This document shows, in pieces, positions 52,561 through 64,000 of a DNA stretch of 64,000 nt. A model generated the notes under the pieces. It did not search any database. It was given only the letters and a program-made list of their open reading frames with translations, and was not told where the DNA came from. The position numbers and the translations under genes were made by a program. Every line of letters starts with the position of its first letter. Positions within the stretch are counted from its first letter, which is position 1. This stretch comes from Botryllus schlosseri (Eukaryota). The stretch spans positions 34,474,001-34,538,000 of the forward strand of contig CM119372.1 in the NCBI GenBank assembly GCA_051294905.1. Reading direction: 5' to 3'.

Positions 52561-55500
52561 ATGTCTGTGATCAATAAATATGTGATCAAGTCTTACCATT
52601 CGATATTAACTTTCACAGTCGGTGTAATTTGTTGAAGTAACAATACCGACGAGTTCAATAATATTCTCCATCGATGCATTCGAATAATTCGTCAGCTGCA
52701 AGCGGATTTAAAACTTGATGCTGTTTTGTGGTTAACTCAAGCCAGTGGTCATGTTTGTGTTGATTTCAGGAATGATCATGACGAGTTGGTCGGGTAAATT
52801 AGATAATGTGGTTGTAACTATGACCGTAAAGAGTTGCTGACATTCCAATAAGACGAGTTGGTGGTATATGCCTAAAACCGAACTTGATATGTTTGTTGGT
52901 AGTAGTGATTACTTGCGTAGTCTTGTCTACTTTTCATAAGGATACTTTTTGTTTTGGTTGGGTAAGTTACAAACGGATTGACTTGACAAGGTTTTTTGTA
53001 TTTTACTCTTTTGTGTATGGGAAGATGTTGAAATGTTGAGACGTAATACTATTTCCGTTAACTCAATTGCAACAAAAAATAACCTGATAGTTTGTTCAAG
53101 GTTTCGACAAATAGATTGAAATATTTCGATTTAACTCATCGCGTCACAAGTCGATCGTGGTATGCACAAGTGGTTGTCAAGTTAGAAATATTTACAACAG
53201 GTGTTATTTCATTGATTGATTCTATTGTGTGTAGTAACACATTAAAATATCGCGATAGTATTTACTGAAGCTCTATTTGATAAACGGAAAACTCAGTCGT
53301 GAATAGAGTTGTAAGTTTCAAGGATTGTTTCAAAGTATGATCTTGAAATGTGACTGGATCAAAGTTGGTAGTCATGTTTGTCAATATATTTCGATTCAGA
53401 CTATGTCAAAGTCCAAATATTTCATTTTGGATTATCTGGATTTACCTTTAGTACATCTCACGAATGGATTCCGACGCCGCGCTATAACATTTTTGATGAT
53501 AAGGACTCGAGGATTTTCATGATAGAGTTGACGAGTGATAAGATGCGTGTTTTTGTTAAGAGTTTGATTTCATGTTGATAAAGACAATAACTGTATAATG
53601 CACATACTTGTGATTCTTGATTCTTGTAGAATTATAGTTGTTATTGATTCTATAAGTGCGAAAACAGCGGCGTGGAATGTGCGAATAATTCGATGTAGCT
53701 GAAAGTCGGCGTCAGTAATATTCGGGTTATGGTCGAATCAAAAGATCACGAAAAGATTTCTCAAAATAATTAGAATTGTACCGAATTAACACATTCAGAT
53801 ACGAATCAACTTGGTTTGTGTAGTAAGTTTCATTTCGAGTTGGCAAATTGATACATTGGTTGAATATTCTCATAATTCTTATGGCGCAACTAAAGTCAGC
53901 CACTGTTCGAAGTGTCAAAACATATAGCGACCCACAGAAAGTGTCAAATTGTTGGTTTTCGAATCACCGTCTGCGACGGCTCTGTGACAAACTAATTACC
54001 GAAATATTACCTTGTGAGCGATCGGTATGTCTTTAACACCAAGTCCCTAAAATGGTTATGCCCGAGACATTATCTTGTTAGCGATCGCGGGATTTGCAAT
54101 CTATTTTACACTTTTTGAAGTGTTAATTTACGAGCGTGGTTATTTGTTGGTTGCATTTTGTGTCACTGCTGAATACTGAATACTCCTGAATGTGATAGTA
54201 CTGACTGGATTAGTGTAATAATCGATACGATAGTGCGCGCTCGAAATCCTCACATCAGGTCGCGTTTCCAAAACGGATGTATTTATTGGGTCACAAATAT
54301 CAAAACGCGGTCGCGATAATCCTTTTCAAAATCGCACATTGCACTGCGGTTTAGTGAATTTCCTCTTTAGCGATACTCGTGACTATTTACTTGATACATA
54401 TTCAACACCATGCGAGGGATTCCTATATCCGAAAGTACGATTCACCGCCACGCCCATAAGAACACATGGCGAATCACCAACACAACCTATACGCGAAAGC
54501 ACGACATGCGAAAGTACGACGTGCGAGAGATGCCTATACCGAAAGGGCGATTCACGGCCGCACCCATAAGACACAATAGCCGCATGCGACCGCACCCATA
54601 AGAACACATGGCGAGTCACCAAAGATCCCGTAAGAATACACGACAGGCACATCATCGCCGCGGCCTATATCCACAACGTTAGTTCACTACGACACAAGAA
54701 TCATCGCCGCGGCCTATATCCACAACGTTAGTTCACTACGACACAAGAATCCGTGCATATATCTGAAAGTGTACCATCATCACCACATAGGCACATCATC
54801 ACCATATGGGGGTCAAAAGGGTACCATCATCACCACGAGTTTTCACGGCACCTCACCGCCGCAGCCTATACCCGAAAGGGTACCATCATCACCGCATCCA
54901 TAAGAACACATGGCACCTCACCGCCGAGAGGGGGGTCAAAAAGGGTACCATCACCACCACGAGTTTTCAGGCACCTCACCGCCGCAGCCTATACCCGAAA
55001 GGGTACCATCATCACCGCATCCATAAGAACACATGGCACCTCACCGCCGAGAGGGGGTCTAAAAGGGTGCCATCACCACCACGAGTTTTCGCGGCACCTC
55101 ACCGCCGCACCCATAAGAGCCAATAGCCGCTCACGACCGATCTACTATACTACTTATGTGAGCATATATTTTTGTCTGAATTAGTGGAATGGTATTCACA
55201 AGCAGACATGGGGTGATTACTCCATGAATGTAATCGATTGCGATTACGATTATTTATAAATGACGCGATTACGATTACGATTACAGCAAAATCAGGAAGT
55301 AGTGATTACGATTACGATTACATTGGAAAAGTAATCACGATTACATATATTTTGCATCTTAGAAACTATATTGGAAGACAATATATGGATTTCGCTGAAA
55401 AGGCCTAATAAGAAAACAAACTTCCTTTACAAAAGATGCGTCATTAACTTGTCACCTCTTATGGTACCCATTCCACATTTTTATGGAGGACGATTTGTTG

Positions 55501-55723
55501 CACCCAACGATCTGCATTCTTGTCAGGTCCATGACTGCCGAACCCAAAATTTCCCAATAAGGTGGAGAGCGAGCTCAAAGGTGACTCAAAAGTATTTCGT
55601 AAACCAACATAAATTTGTAGTGTATTTTCGAGAAATTTAATTAACTTGAAAATTCTTTCTAGATAAGCTTGTTTTGAAATGCATACGTCTCCATTCAAGA
55701 AAAATAGCATGCATAATTAATAG

Positions 55724-56130
55724 TAGGGTTGCATGTAAAACAAATAGTTGTTTTAAACCGTGTTTCAAACAAACGCTTTAAAAAAACTAAACTGTGTATT
55801 TTTAAGTTGTAAAATCATGCCATAATTGTGTAAATATTTTCCACAAAAACATTTGTATGAGCCTACGGACAATTACCACCCGATTTAGCCTACGCAGATC
55901 GATATGGGGGGGAGGGGGGTTGGAACCCTTCAAAATAGTCGTTTCAACAGTTATAGTACATATATATCTCGTCAAAGGAGCTATATTTACCCTATATTTT
56001 CAATTGTCAATTTTAATCCACATTCGTGACGTCATGGCTTAAAAAATAAAAATAAAAAATATGGTTTAAACAAGGGCCTTGTTTTAAACAAGTTTGCTTT
56101 AAATTCATTTTTGTTTTAAATGCAACCAGA
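55724..56130. mobile_element. hAT-type MITE (TTTAAA-rich)
   Basis: TIR tagggttgcat/atgcaaccaga; TSD attaatag/atttatag. Confidence 0.65.
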
Positions 56131-56695
56131 ATTTATAGTAATGGGCATTTACGTTCCAGTCAATACCATGCCACGACACACCAAAAGACATATGAAGTTT
56201 CGACCAACACGCGACTTCACGAAGTGTGCTACTAAAGAAAGATCTTGGCATAAACTTGGGCAATGTGTCCATTGTCAATTAGCCGTGCTGGGAGGGAGTG
56301 ACTAATAGTTCGATCCTTCCAATCTGAGCCCACAATGCAAATGCCACGAGGGCACCAACAGAGCATTAAAGACCTGACAACTTGTGTGTGCTTCCTATGA
56401 AAGTTTTTCTTTTAGCCTGCTACGTTTGGGATACAACAATATATTTTGATTATATAACAGGCCGGAGGTCACGAATTAACAACATACACCAAAGTAATTA
56501 TAACAGGATAACAGACGTTATTATTATGAATTACGTGCTCCCAGCTCTACAGGTAAATCTAACTATCGGGGGCAGAGAGAGGATGAAAAATTATCTGGCT
56601 GTATTAAGAAATTATTTAATAATTAATTACTTTAACTTAACCAATTAATTACTTTAACTTAACCTAACTTCTGAACTGACGCATCACTGCTGTGG

Positions 56696-59600
56696 ATGCC
56701 TGCGAAACGTTCCGGATATATCGCACCTGGACGTACCCGCCGTGGGACCAAGCGGATGACCCCAGAGGACTCGTCAACTCCGACCACACAGGAACACCAA
56801 AGAGAAGATATTTCTCGACATGGCGCCTGCGCAACACCGAACTGTGGCTCACAAAACAGCTCTGCTGCAAAAGAAAAAAAAGAGATACAGATGGAGTAAA
56901 GAAGAGTATAAAGAAATAAGGAGATGTTACTTTTTAGCCAAACTTGAAAACTCGGCAGGAGTAACCGAAGGAACTTTTCAAAAATGGAAAGAGAGAACAA
57001 ACAACTCTCCAACCATGAGTGCCAATACTCTTGCAACAATGAGACGTGTAATAAAAAATAAAAAATTATCTGAACAAGAACTCGCAGAAATCGAGGGAGA
57101 AATGTGTAACAAAAACATAGAAAACTCTGAGGCACTGGAATTGCAATTCGGCCGAGATGACCTGAACCCACAACAATCACTTGATGACCCGAACATCGCA
57201 GAAGTAGAATTACAAAATACCACCAGGCAATCGAATGAATCAACAACACCTAACGCTGGCGATATAGACACGGAATTAGAATAGGAGATCAAAAATCAAA
57301 TCATCGACCGGATGAAATCCACATTGAATGTAAATGACAGAGTGCAGTTACCTGACCTACAAATTACAAAGAAACTGAAAACTGATATTGCAGTAGCGAA
57401 CAAAATTTTGACAGAAACCATACTACCTGCAACTCTAAATGACAAACAAGGAGAAAGACCACAATGTCCCTTGACAACAATCAACAACCTCATTTACAGC
57501 ACTGCGGCAGTTATGTCAGAAAGGCACTGCAAAATACCAAGAAATGTCAACAAAAAAAGGGGAAGCCATACGCCAGCTTGGCAACGCAGAATTGAAAACA
57601 AAATCGCAAAACTAAGGTGTGACGTTGCGATACTCTCAGAACTAAAAAAAGGAAATGCTTCCCGCAAAGTAAAAAATAAAGTGAAAAGAATAGGACTGGA
57701 GCACCAAACCAAACTGCAGTCAACAGAAAAAGTGACAATGTTGCAAGAAGAATTAAAAATGAGAATATGCGCCAAAGCGCAACGATTGAAACGATATAAA
57801 AAACGAGAAACACAATATCGCCAAAACTTGCTATTTGCTCGCAAACCTGGACAATTTTTTCGAATGATGAAACAAAAGTCGAATAAAAAAATTACCAGCA
57901 GCAAAATACCAGTCACTGCAGATGTGAAATCATTTTGGAAGAAAATATGGGAAACCAAAAAATTGCACAACTCAAATGCAAATTGGATACAAGACCTCCA
58001 CACTGTCCATCTACAAACACCAGAACAACAATGGTCAGAAATCACAAAACAAGAAATCAAGGAGGCCCTAAAAAGTTCACTGAACTGGAAAGCAGCTGGT
58101 CCGGACCAGATCAAAAACTTTTGGCTAAGAAAACCAACTGCAACACATAGTTACCTAGCGGTGACCTACAATGAGCTTTTATCCTCAACCAGCTCGCACG
58201 AGATCCCAGCCTGGTTCACACAAGGGATCACCTATCTTATTCCAAAAAATGAAAACACCAAGGACCGCAAGAACTACAGGCCGATAACATGCCTGACAAC
58301 CATGTACAAAACACTGACCAAAATCCTGGCAAAACGAAGCTACAAACACCTAGAAAATCTTCTTACGCCTCAGCAGAAAGGGTGCAAGGAAGGTGCCCTT
58401 GGCTATAAGGACCACTTGCTCCTTGACAAAACTATTCTTGAAAATTGCAAGAGGAGACACACTAACCTCAGCATGGCATGGATAGACTACAAAAAAGCTT
58501 TTGATTCAGTCCCTCACACATGGGTACTGAAAACAATGCGTGTGTACAAAATGAATCCGATCATCATCAGATTTATTGAAAATTCAATGAAAAATTGGCA
58601 TACAAAACTGTTGATCAAACATGACCAAGGTGAAACAGAAACCTGTACAATTCAGATACGCAATGGTATCTTCCAAGGCGACTCATTCTCACCGCTTCTA
58701 TTCTGCCTCAGCTTAGCTCCACTCAGTGAGATGCTGAAAAAAAAAGAAACAGGATACGTGATGAAAAAAGCAGCAAATTCTGAAGGTCAAAAGATTCATC
58801 ACCTTTTGTTCATGGATGATCTGAAACTGTATGCGAAATCCGATACGGACCTGAATAACCAAATGAAAATTGTTCATGAGTTTTTGGAAGATATAAAAAT
58901 GAAATTTGCCTTGGATAAATGCACAAAACTTACCATACGACGTGGAAAAGCCACCAGCACTGGCGACATGAACTTCAAAATGAACGAAACCATAACAGAA
59001 TTGAATGCTGAAGATCACTATAAATATCTAGGGATCTGTGAAAGCGACAACATTAAACATGCTGCAATGAAATCAAGTTTAAAAAAAGAATACATTAGCA
59101 GGCTCAAATCAATTCTCAAAACTGAACTCAATTCCAAAAACAAAATCAATGCCGTAAACAGTCTTGCAGTGTCTGTCTTGAGATATAGCTTTGGTGTGGT
59201 GAACTGGCGCAAAGATGAAATTAAAAAATTGGACACGAAGACGGGAAAACTGATGACAATGCACCACATGCATCACCCAAAATCTGATACACAAAGACTG
59301 CACATCCCCAGAAAAAAAGGTGGTCGAGGACTACAAGAAATTGACCAAATTTCAAAACAGAAATCATCGGCTTGTCACAGTACATCAACAACAGCGATAA
59401 TATTTACTGCAAACTCATTGCACAGGAAGACAAACAGCGCAAAACAAAATCTCTGAGCTATCGTCACGAAAAGTACGTCAGAGAAGTCAACATGGAAACA
59501 GCTAACCTGTACACTGCTGAAAACACTGTTGCCAAACCCACAACAATAGCAAAAGCAGCACGAGTTCGATACAAAAATGCAACGCCCAAAATGAGAGAAA

Positions 59601-60378
59601 CGATATGGGAGTCAATACCTCTTCATGAACAGCACAAGAAGTTAACTTCACAGCCCCATGTAGACGAGCTTCCATGGACCTGGCTATCCAGCTCTGGTCT
59701 GAAACCGGCAAGCGAAGGATTCATTTTCGCAGCACAAGACCAATCGCTTCCTACAAAATACTATCGCAAAAGAATTCTGAAGCAAAACACGGACGGCAAA
59801 TGCAGAATGTGCCAAAACCAAAATGAAACTGTGGCACATCTCATGTCCGACTGTGGTGCACTTGCAGCTACCAAATACACATGGAGACACAATAGGATTG
59901 GTCACTACATTCATCTTCAATTATGCAAACATTTTAACATCACCACTTCGACAAAAAATTGGTACGATTACAGACCAGCACCAGTGACAGAAAACGACCA
60001 GGTAAAAATTCTTTGGGATGTACCAGTTATAACTGACCGCGAAATCAGAAGCAACCGCCCGGATATGATCATCAAACTAAAAATGAAAAGAGAATGCTTG
60101 TTCATTGAACTGGCTGTCCCAGCTGATCACAATATACAACAAAAGAATCAGAAAAGCAGTCCAAATACGCAGAACTCAAAATGGAACGTGAGAAAATGTG
60201 GCGATGCAAAATAAACATTGTACAGATAGTCATTGGCGCTACAGGGGTCGTAAGCAAAAAACTCATGAGACATATCCGACAGATTCCGGGTAACGTTCGA
60301 TTCGACATGATCCAAAAGATCACGTTATTGGGCACTGTGCAGATTCTTCGGAAGGCGTTGAATGCACCACTGGACTAA
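56696..60378 (+). pseudogene. R4/Dong-type non-LTR retrotransposon ORF (RT plus restriction-like endonuclease), disrupted
   Basis: Motifs NYRPITCL, AWIDYKKAFDSVPH, GIFQGDSFSPLLF, LLFMDDLKLY, YKYLG, zinc knuckle CRMC...H...C, RHN, RPD...IELAVP. In-frame TAG at 57282 and frameshifts near 56875, 59355 and 60145. (TAA)n tail near 60647-60657. Confidence 0.9.
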
Positions 60379-61842
60379 AATTATATTAGTGAATCACAGC
60401 ATCATTTCTGTAATTTCGATTCTTCATTTTCAATCATCTCTACCTCCGCTCTGTTTTTCTTGCCAATTCTTCATCTACTGCAATTCTGTAATCTGACTTA
60501 GACTCCATGTATTGCATAGGAATATCAATTTGACTGCATTACTGAAATTTTAAAAAATTTACCCCAATCTCGCCATTTTCCTTTGGGTGCAGGTTGCTCC
60601 CCGGATTATGTGTGTATTGACCAGTTTCTTACTGTGAATAAAGAAAATAATAATAATATAATGCCATTACCAATATTATTGACGAAATTCAGTCTTCAAC
60701 AACTTGAAAATATCACCCTGTGGGGGCCAAAGACCAACGTTTGGTCTGGGAGACGAATTGCCGTTTTGGTCCTGATTCTAGCTTCAACTCTCGCTAACAT
60801 GATATATAAGCCCATGACTATGGCGGCAGGTCCTAATGTTGAGTAATGAATTGTGAATTACCGATTGCCGCCCGTTTCAAGTAGAGTCATATGAGAATAT
60901 TAAGATGAAGAGAACATAAAATTCAGATACAGATACAGATAATGCACTGCAAGCTGCCGTTACGAAAACGGTTCGGTTATGATATATATCTGCAGTGGTT
61001 GATTTTTGATGCTTCGTTGTGGAAACCGTAATGTTTTATTTCACGAGTACCAAATTTCAAATCTTTGTCCGGTATATACGTACGTACTACATAGGCCTAC
61101 TGTTCGCCAAGCAGCAGCGACCAAATTGCGTTTAGCGAAGCATAACCAAACATCGATACACAAGTTACTATTTTAAACTAGGCAGAGTGGTGATTAATTA
61201 TCCTGCTGCGAGGTACTGGCTTGTGGAACGTGTTGATAACATGATATCCAGCACGGCGGGTGCACGTTATAACTATTTACTCTGGATACTTCTTACGCAA
61301 TGACTAGCTAAGCTAATAGGCTACTTCTGACGTAATAATGAGCAATGGCATTTGAAATTCAGACGTTTGTGTTATCACGAAACTGGTATGATACCTCTTC
61401 CTTGTTCAAGAATGTTAAGTTTATGTAATAGTCCTTGTACAAACAAAAAGTAATCGTTCTTTCACAAAGAAATCGATTAGATATGGGAAGTAGTCGATTA
61501 CGACTACGATTACTTCGGAATTTTTTCGAATATAATCGATTGCGATTACGATTACTTAAAAATGCTGTAATCGTCGTAATCGATTACGATTACAAATCGC
61601 GATTACCCCATGTCTGTTCACAAGACAACCTTCCCCGAGTCATAACATTACACGTTCCCAAAAACAAGCAAATACCATGTGGCTTATGCACTTGGTCAAA
61701 TCAAATTCAAAATTATTATACTCGATGTCGAATTGCTTCATTACAATCCTAACGATGCAAGAAATTCTTGTCATTCTTTGATATTGAAGTTACCCTACAT
61801 GTAACTTTTCTTTATTTTGCGCTGCACCTTTTTCATTTTTAG

Positions 61843-61914
61843 AAGCTACTACGCAGCAGGCATCTTCGGATTATGTTCCGTTGAAGAAGGTCCCGAAAAC
61901 AAACGAGGACAAAG
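61843..61914 (+). CDS. Putative 72-bp phase-1 exon (EATTQQASSDYVPLKKVPKTNEDK)
   Basis: tttcatttttag acceptor, AAG|gtaata donor, open frame; exon and downstream intron resemble 39137-39380. Confidence 0.55.
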
Positions 61915-64000
61915 GTAATACTGAAGAGAATATAACATCATCACACTGCCTACGTGATGAGTCCAATATACCGTTCTTTAAACGTACCAGGGCTGCGAAA
62001 ACTTAGGCATGGTGACGATTCTGTCGAGGCATATCTAAATTTATATAGAGGGAGATGTAAGTGGTATTATGGCTTTCTACACTGCGCAGTCTGCATTCAA
62101 ATTTTCGTATATAGATGCATAGTTCTGTCGTGTCGCTGTTATTTTACTATCTAGAACAGTGGGTCTCAACCGAAGATCCTCGAGGTATTTACATGCTGGG
62201 TTCCACGAAACCTCTAAATTTGCGTCAAATTTGTTGTCAATCAGGGTAACGTAATGTTTGCAAAACTTTCTGGATTTGAAACCGTCGCTGGAAAATGGAT
62301 TCCTGAACAATTTTCGTGATCTGTCTCAGCAGAATAAATGTTCGTCACACGTTCTTGTTCCACTTTCGCCTCTCGTTCATATCGAGTTGCAGGCGTGGAT
62401 TTCCAAGACACGATCACGCATTTTCTGATTTACTTGTGACATGCAAATCCAATCAAGTGAAGTCGTTTTGAGACAATGAATTGTCTTTGCAGATTCCTCG
62501 TGGTATGAAGTCAGTTTTTGAAGTGTACAAGTAGCCTACAGCCGACACTCTACGGCAGCTACTTTCAACCGCATTTAGACAAATGTTAACGACTTTCCTA
62601 TGAGCTTATTGCACGTTTTTTATCAATAATCTACATAATGAGACATGGATACGTATCTTTTTTGTGATTTTCCAAATTATGGACAACCCTACTATATACA
62701 CATTGATACACAATACCATTTAAATCATTATTAGGTCAAAGTTATCACAGCCGACTTCTAATTGCTTCGAACGATCTCGATAGCATGCGAACATAACCAT
62801 GCATGAGAAGGTTAATTTATATTTCGTGACGCATGACATACGAACTGGCATCTATAAAAGTTAGTATTTTATGCTGTACCCTTCGCGGCATGCGTTTCAT
62901 GTCGCTTGGGTAGAAGCTATGTGCCGTTCCTTCGTTTGACTCACAACGTTGCTGGACGATGACGACATCCATATAGATAGAATATGAAATAGAGAAATAG
63001 ATATACTCTTACTCCGTGACCCTATTTTCCTAACTGCCAGACGATGTTCTACTAAATCTAAATAGAAACATATTCCTAGAGATAAGAACTAGGGATGGCG
63101 TGAACGTGAGATTCACGTTCGTGTTCTGTGTGTGAACCTCAGAAATTTAGAGGTTCAAGTTCACAAACGAACCTTGGTAGGCTCTGCACTGTGAACCTTT
63201 TTCATATATTATTATTATTGGCTGAAATTTATTGCATTTCAACTGCGGCCACTCTATGCATGGCGCTGGCAGCATAGAACAATCAACACTAAACGAGCAT
63301 ACACTTTGACAATCTCAGAAATCTTTTTTGCTTTGTTATACAAAAGTTTGCTCGAAATATCCAGCTTTCCGTTCGTGAATATTTAGTGACTCTCTGCTGT
63401 GAGCTTGACCCGCAATCACACAACATCAAGAGTGAAATACACCACACAGTCAGCGAATAATGCTTATTCACTCAAGCAATGAAATTTATATTGTTGCCTG
63501 ATGTAAAAAAATCTAGCGAATGTACGGGGTCAATCTTGACTTCATATGTTTATTGTATCATAAAAACAAAGTCATTGCGATATGGGTGTTGACTACTGCT
63601 GTATAATTTGTTTAAGGGGTAATATCGGTAGCAAGTATAGAAACCCCTTTACACTCCGCTCAATATCAACGTCGCAATGATCAGACGCCGAATACATTGT
63701 CCAGTCTGGCCTGGACCGTTGAGGAGTAAGCTTATATTCCACTGTAAGTTCATATATGGCTCTTTTGGGTATAAGAGAAAATTTAAATTTTGTACTCAAT
63801 TTATTAATATTGCAGGAACTTGTTTGTAATTTTTCATGGCGGTCAGAATGATTATTCTAGTGGCAGCAGAAACATTTCTTTGAGACAGTTCTAATTTACG
63901 GCGAGAAATAAACTGGCTTGGGAGTGACATTCACAGTTACAAATTCGAATTATAACAACGTCATAGCTATTCATGTTTTCTATCGGTAAGTAGCTTTTAA

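Larger units (their letters stand above)
39762..55154. mobile_element. Complete giant palindromic Polinton/Maverick-like element B (non-autonomous)
   Basis: Termini agtagtatagtagatcgg/ccgatctactatactact; exact 6-bp TSD tatgtg (39756-39761 and 55155-55160); arms 39762-46116 and 48966-55154 are near-identical reverse complements; loop 46117-48965. Confidence 0.9.
55203..61616. mobile_element. hAT element with (GATTAC)n sub-terminal repeats, containing nested insertions
   Basis: TIR cagacatggggt/accccatgtctg; exact TSD ttcacaag. Confidence 0.85.

Noticed and set aside
39762..55154. Giant inverted repeat as an assembly or amplification fold-back artefact
   Set aside because: The exact flanking 6-bp TSD, arm-specific insertions with their own TSDs, and point differences between arms are not expected from a chimeric read.
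56685..56716. Hammerhead-like motif at the 5' end of the R4 LINE (ctgtgga...gcgaaacgttc)
   Set aside because: The core deviates from CUGANGA, stem II has no closing pair and stem I is weak.
56659..58114. Long minus-strand ORFs (196 aa and 206 aa)
   Set aside because: Antisense shadows of the LINE coding strand.
63816..63985. Possible exon bounded by ttgcag and gtaagt
   Set aside because: Stop codons in all three frames; not supportable as coding.

Overview
AT-rich, repeat-dense eukaryotic (invertebrate-animal-like) genomic DNA. The main feature is a family of very large fold-back elements with Polinton/Maverick-type ends (5'-AGTAGT...ACTACT-3', 6-bp target-site duplication) but no recognisable polymerase, integrase or capsid gene. 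One complete copy (B, 39762-55154, TSD tatgtg) is a hairpin of two near-identical ~5 kb arms around a loop of ~0.95 kb once a later insertion is removed. A second copy (A2, ending at 11313) is also a hairpin, with a 957-bp loop at 3908-4864. A third copy (A1, ending at 2434) is inserted in A2's left arm and carries an intact, intronless gene for a tandem OB-fold (RPA/SSB-like) protein at 917-1552. The rest of the window holds deeply nested non-autonomous hAT elements (8-bp TSDs), a TA-target Tc1/mariner-type element, decayed CR1/L2-group and R4/Dong-type LINEs, and short palindromic inserts carrying minimal hammerhead ribozymes (Penelope-like). A probable host gene has small duplicated exons at ~39.0-39.2 kb and ~61.9 kb, and its 22.6-kb intron contains hairpin B. 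All calls come from reading the sequence by eye; no searches were run.
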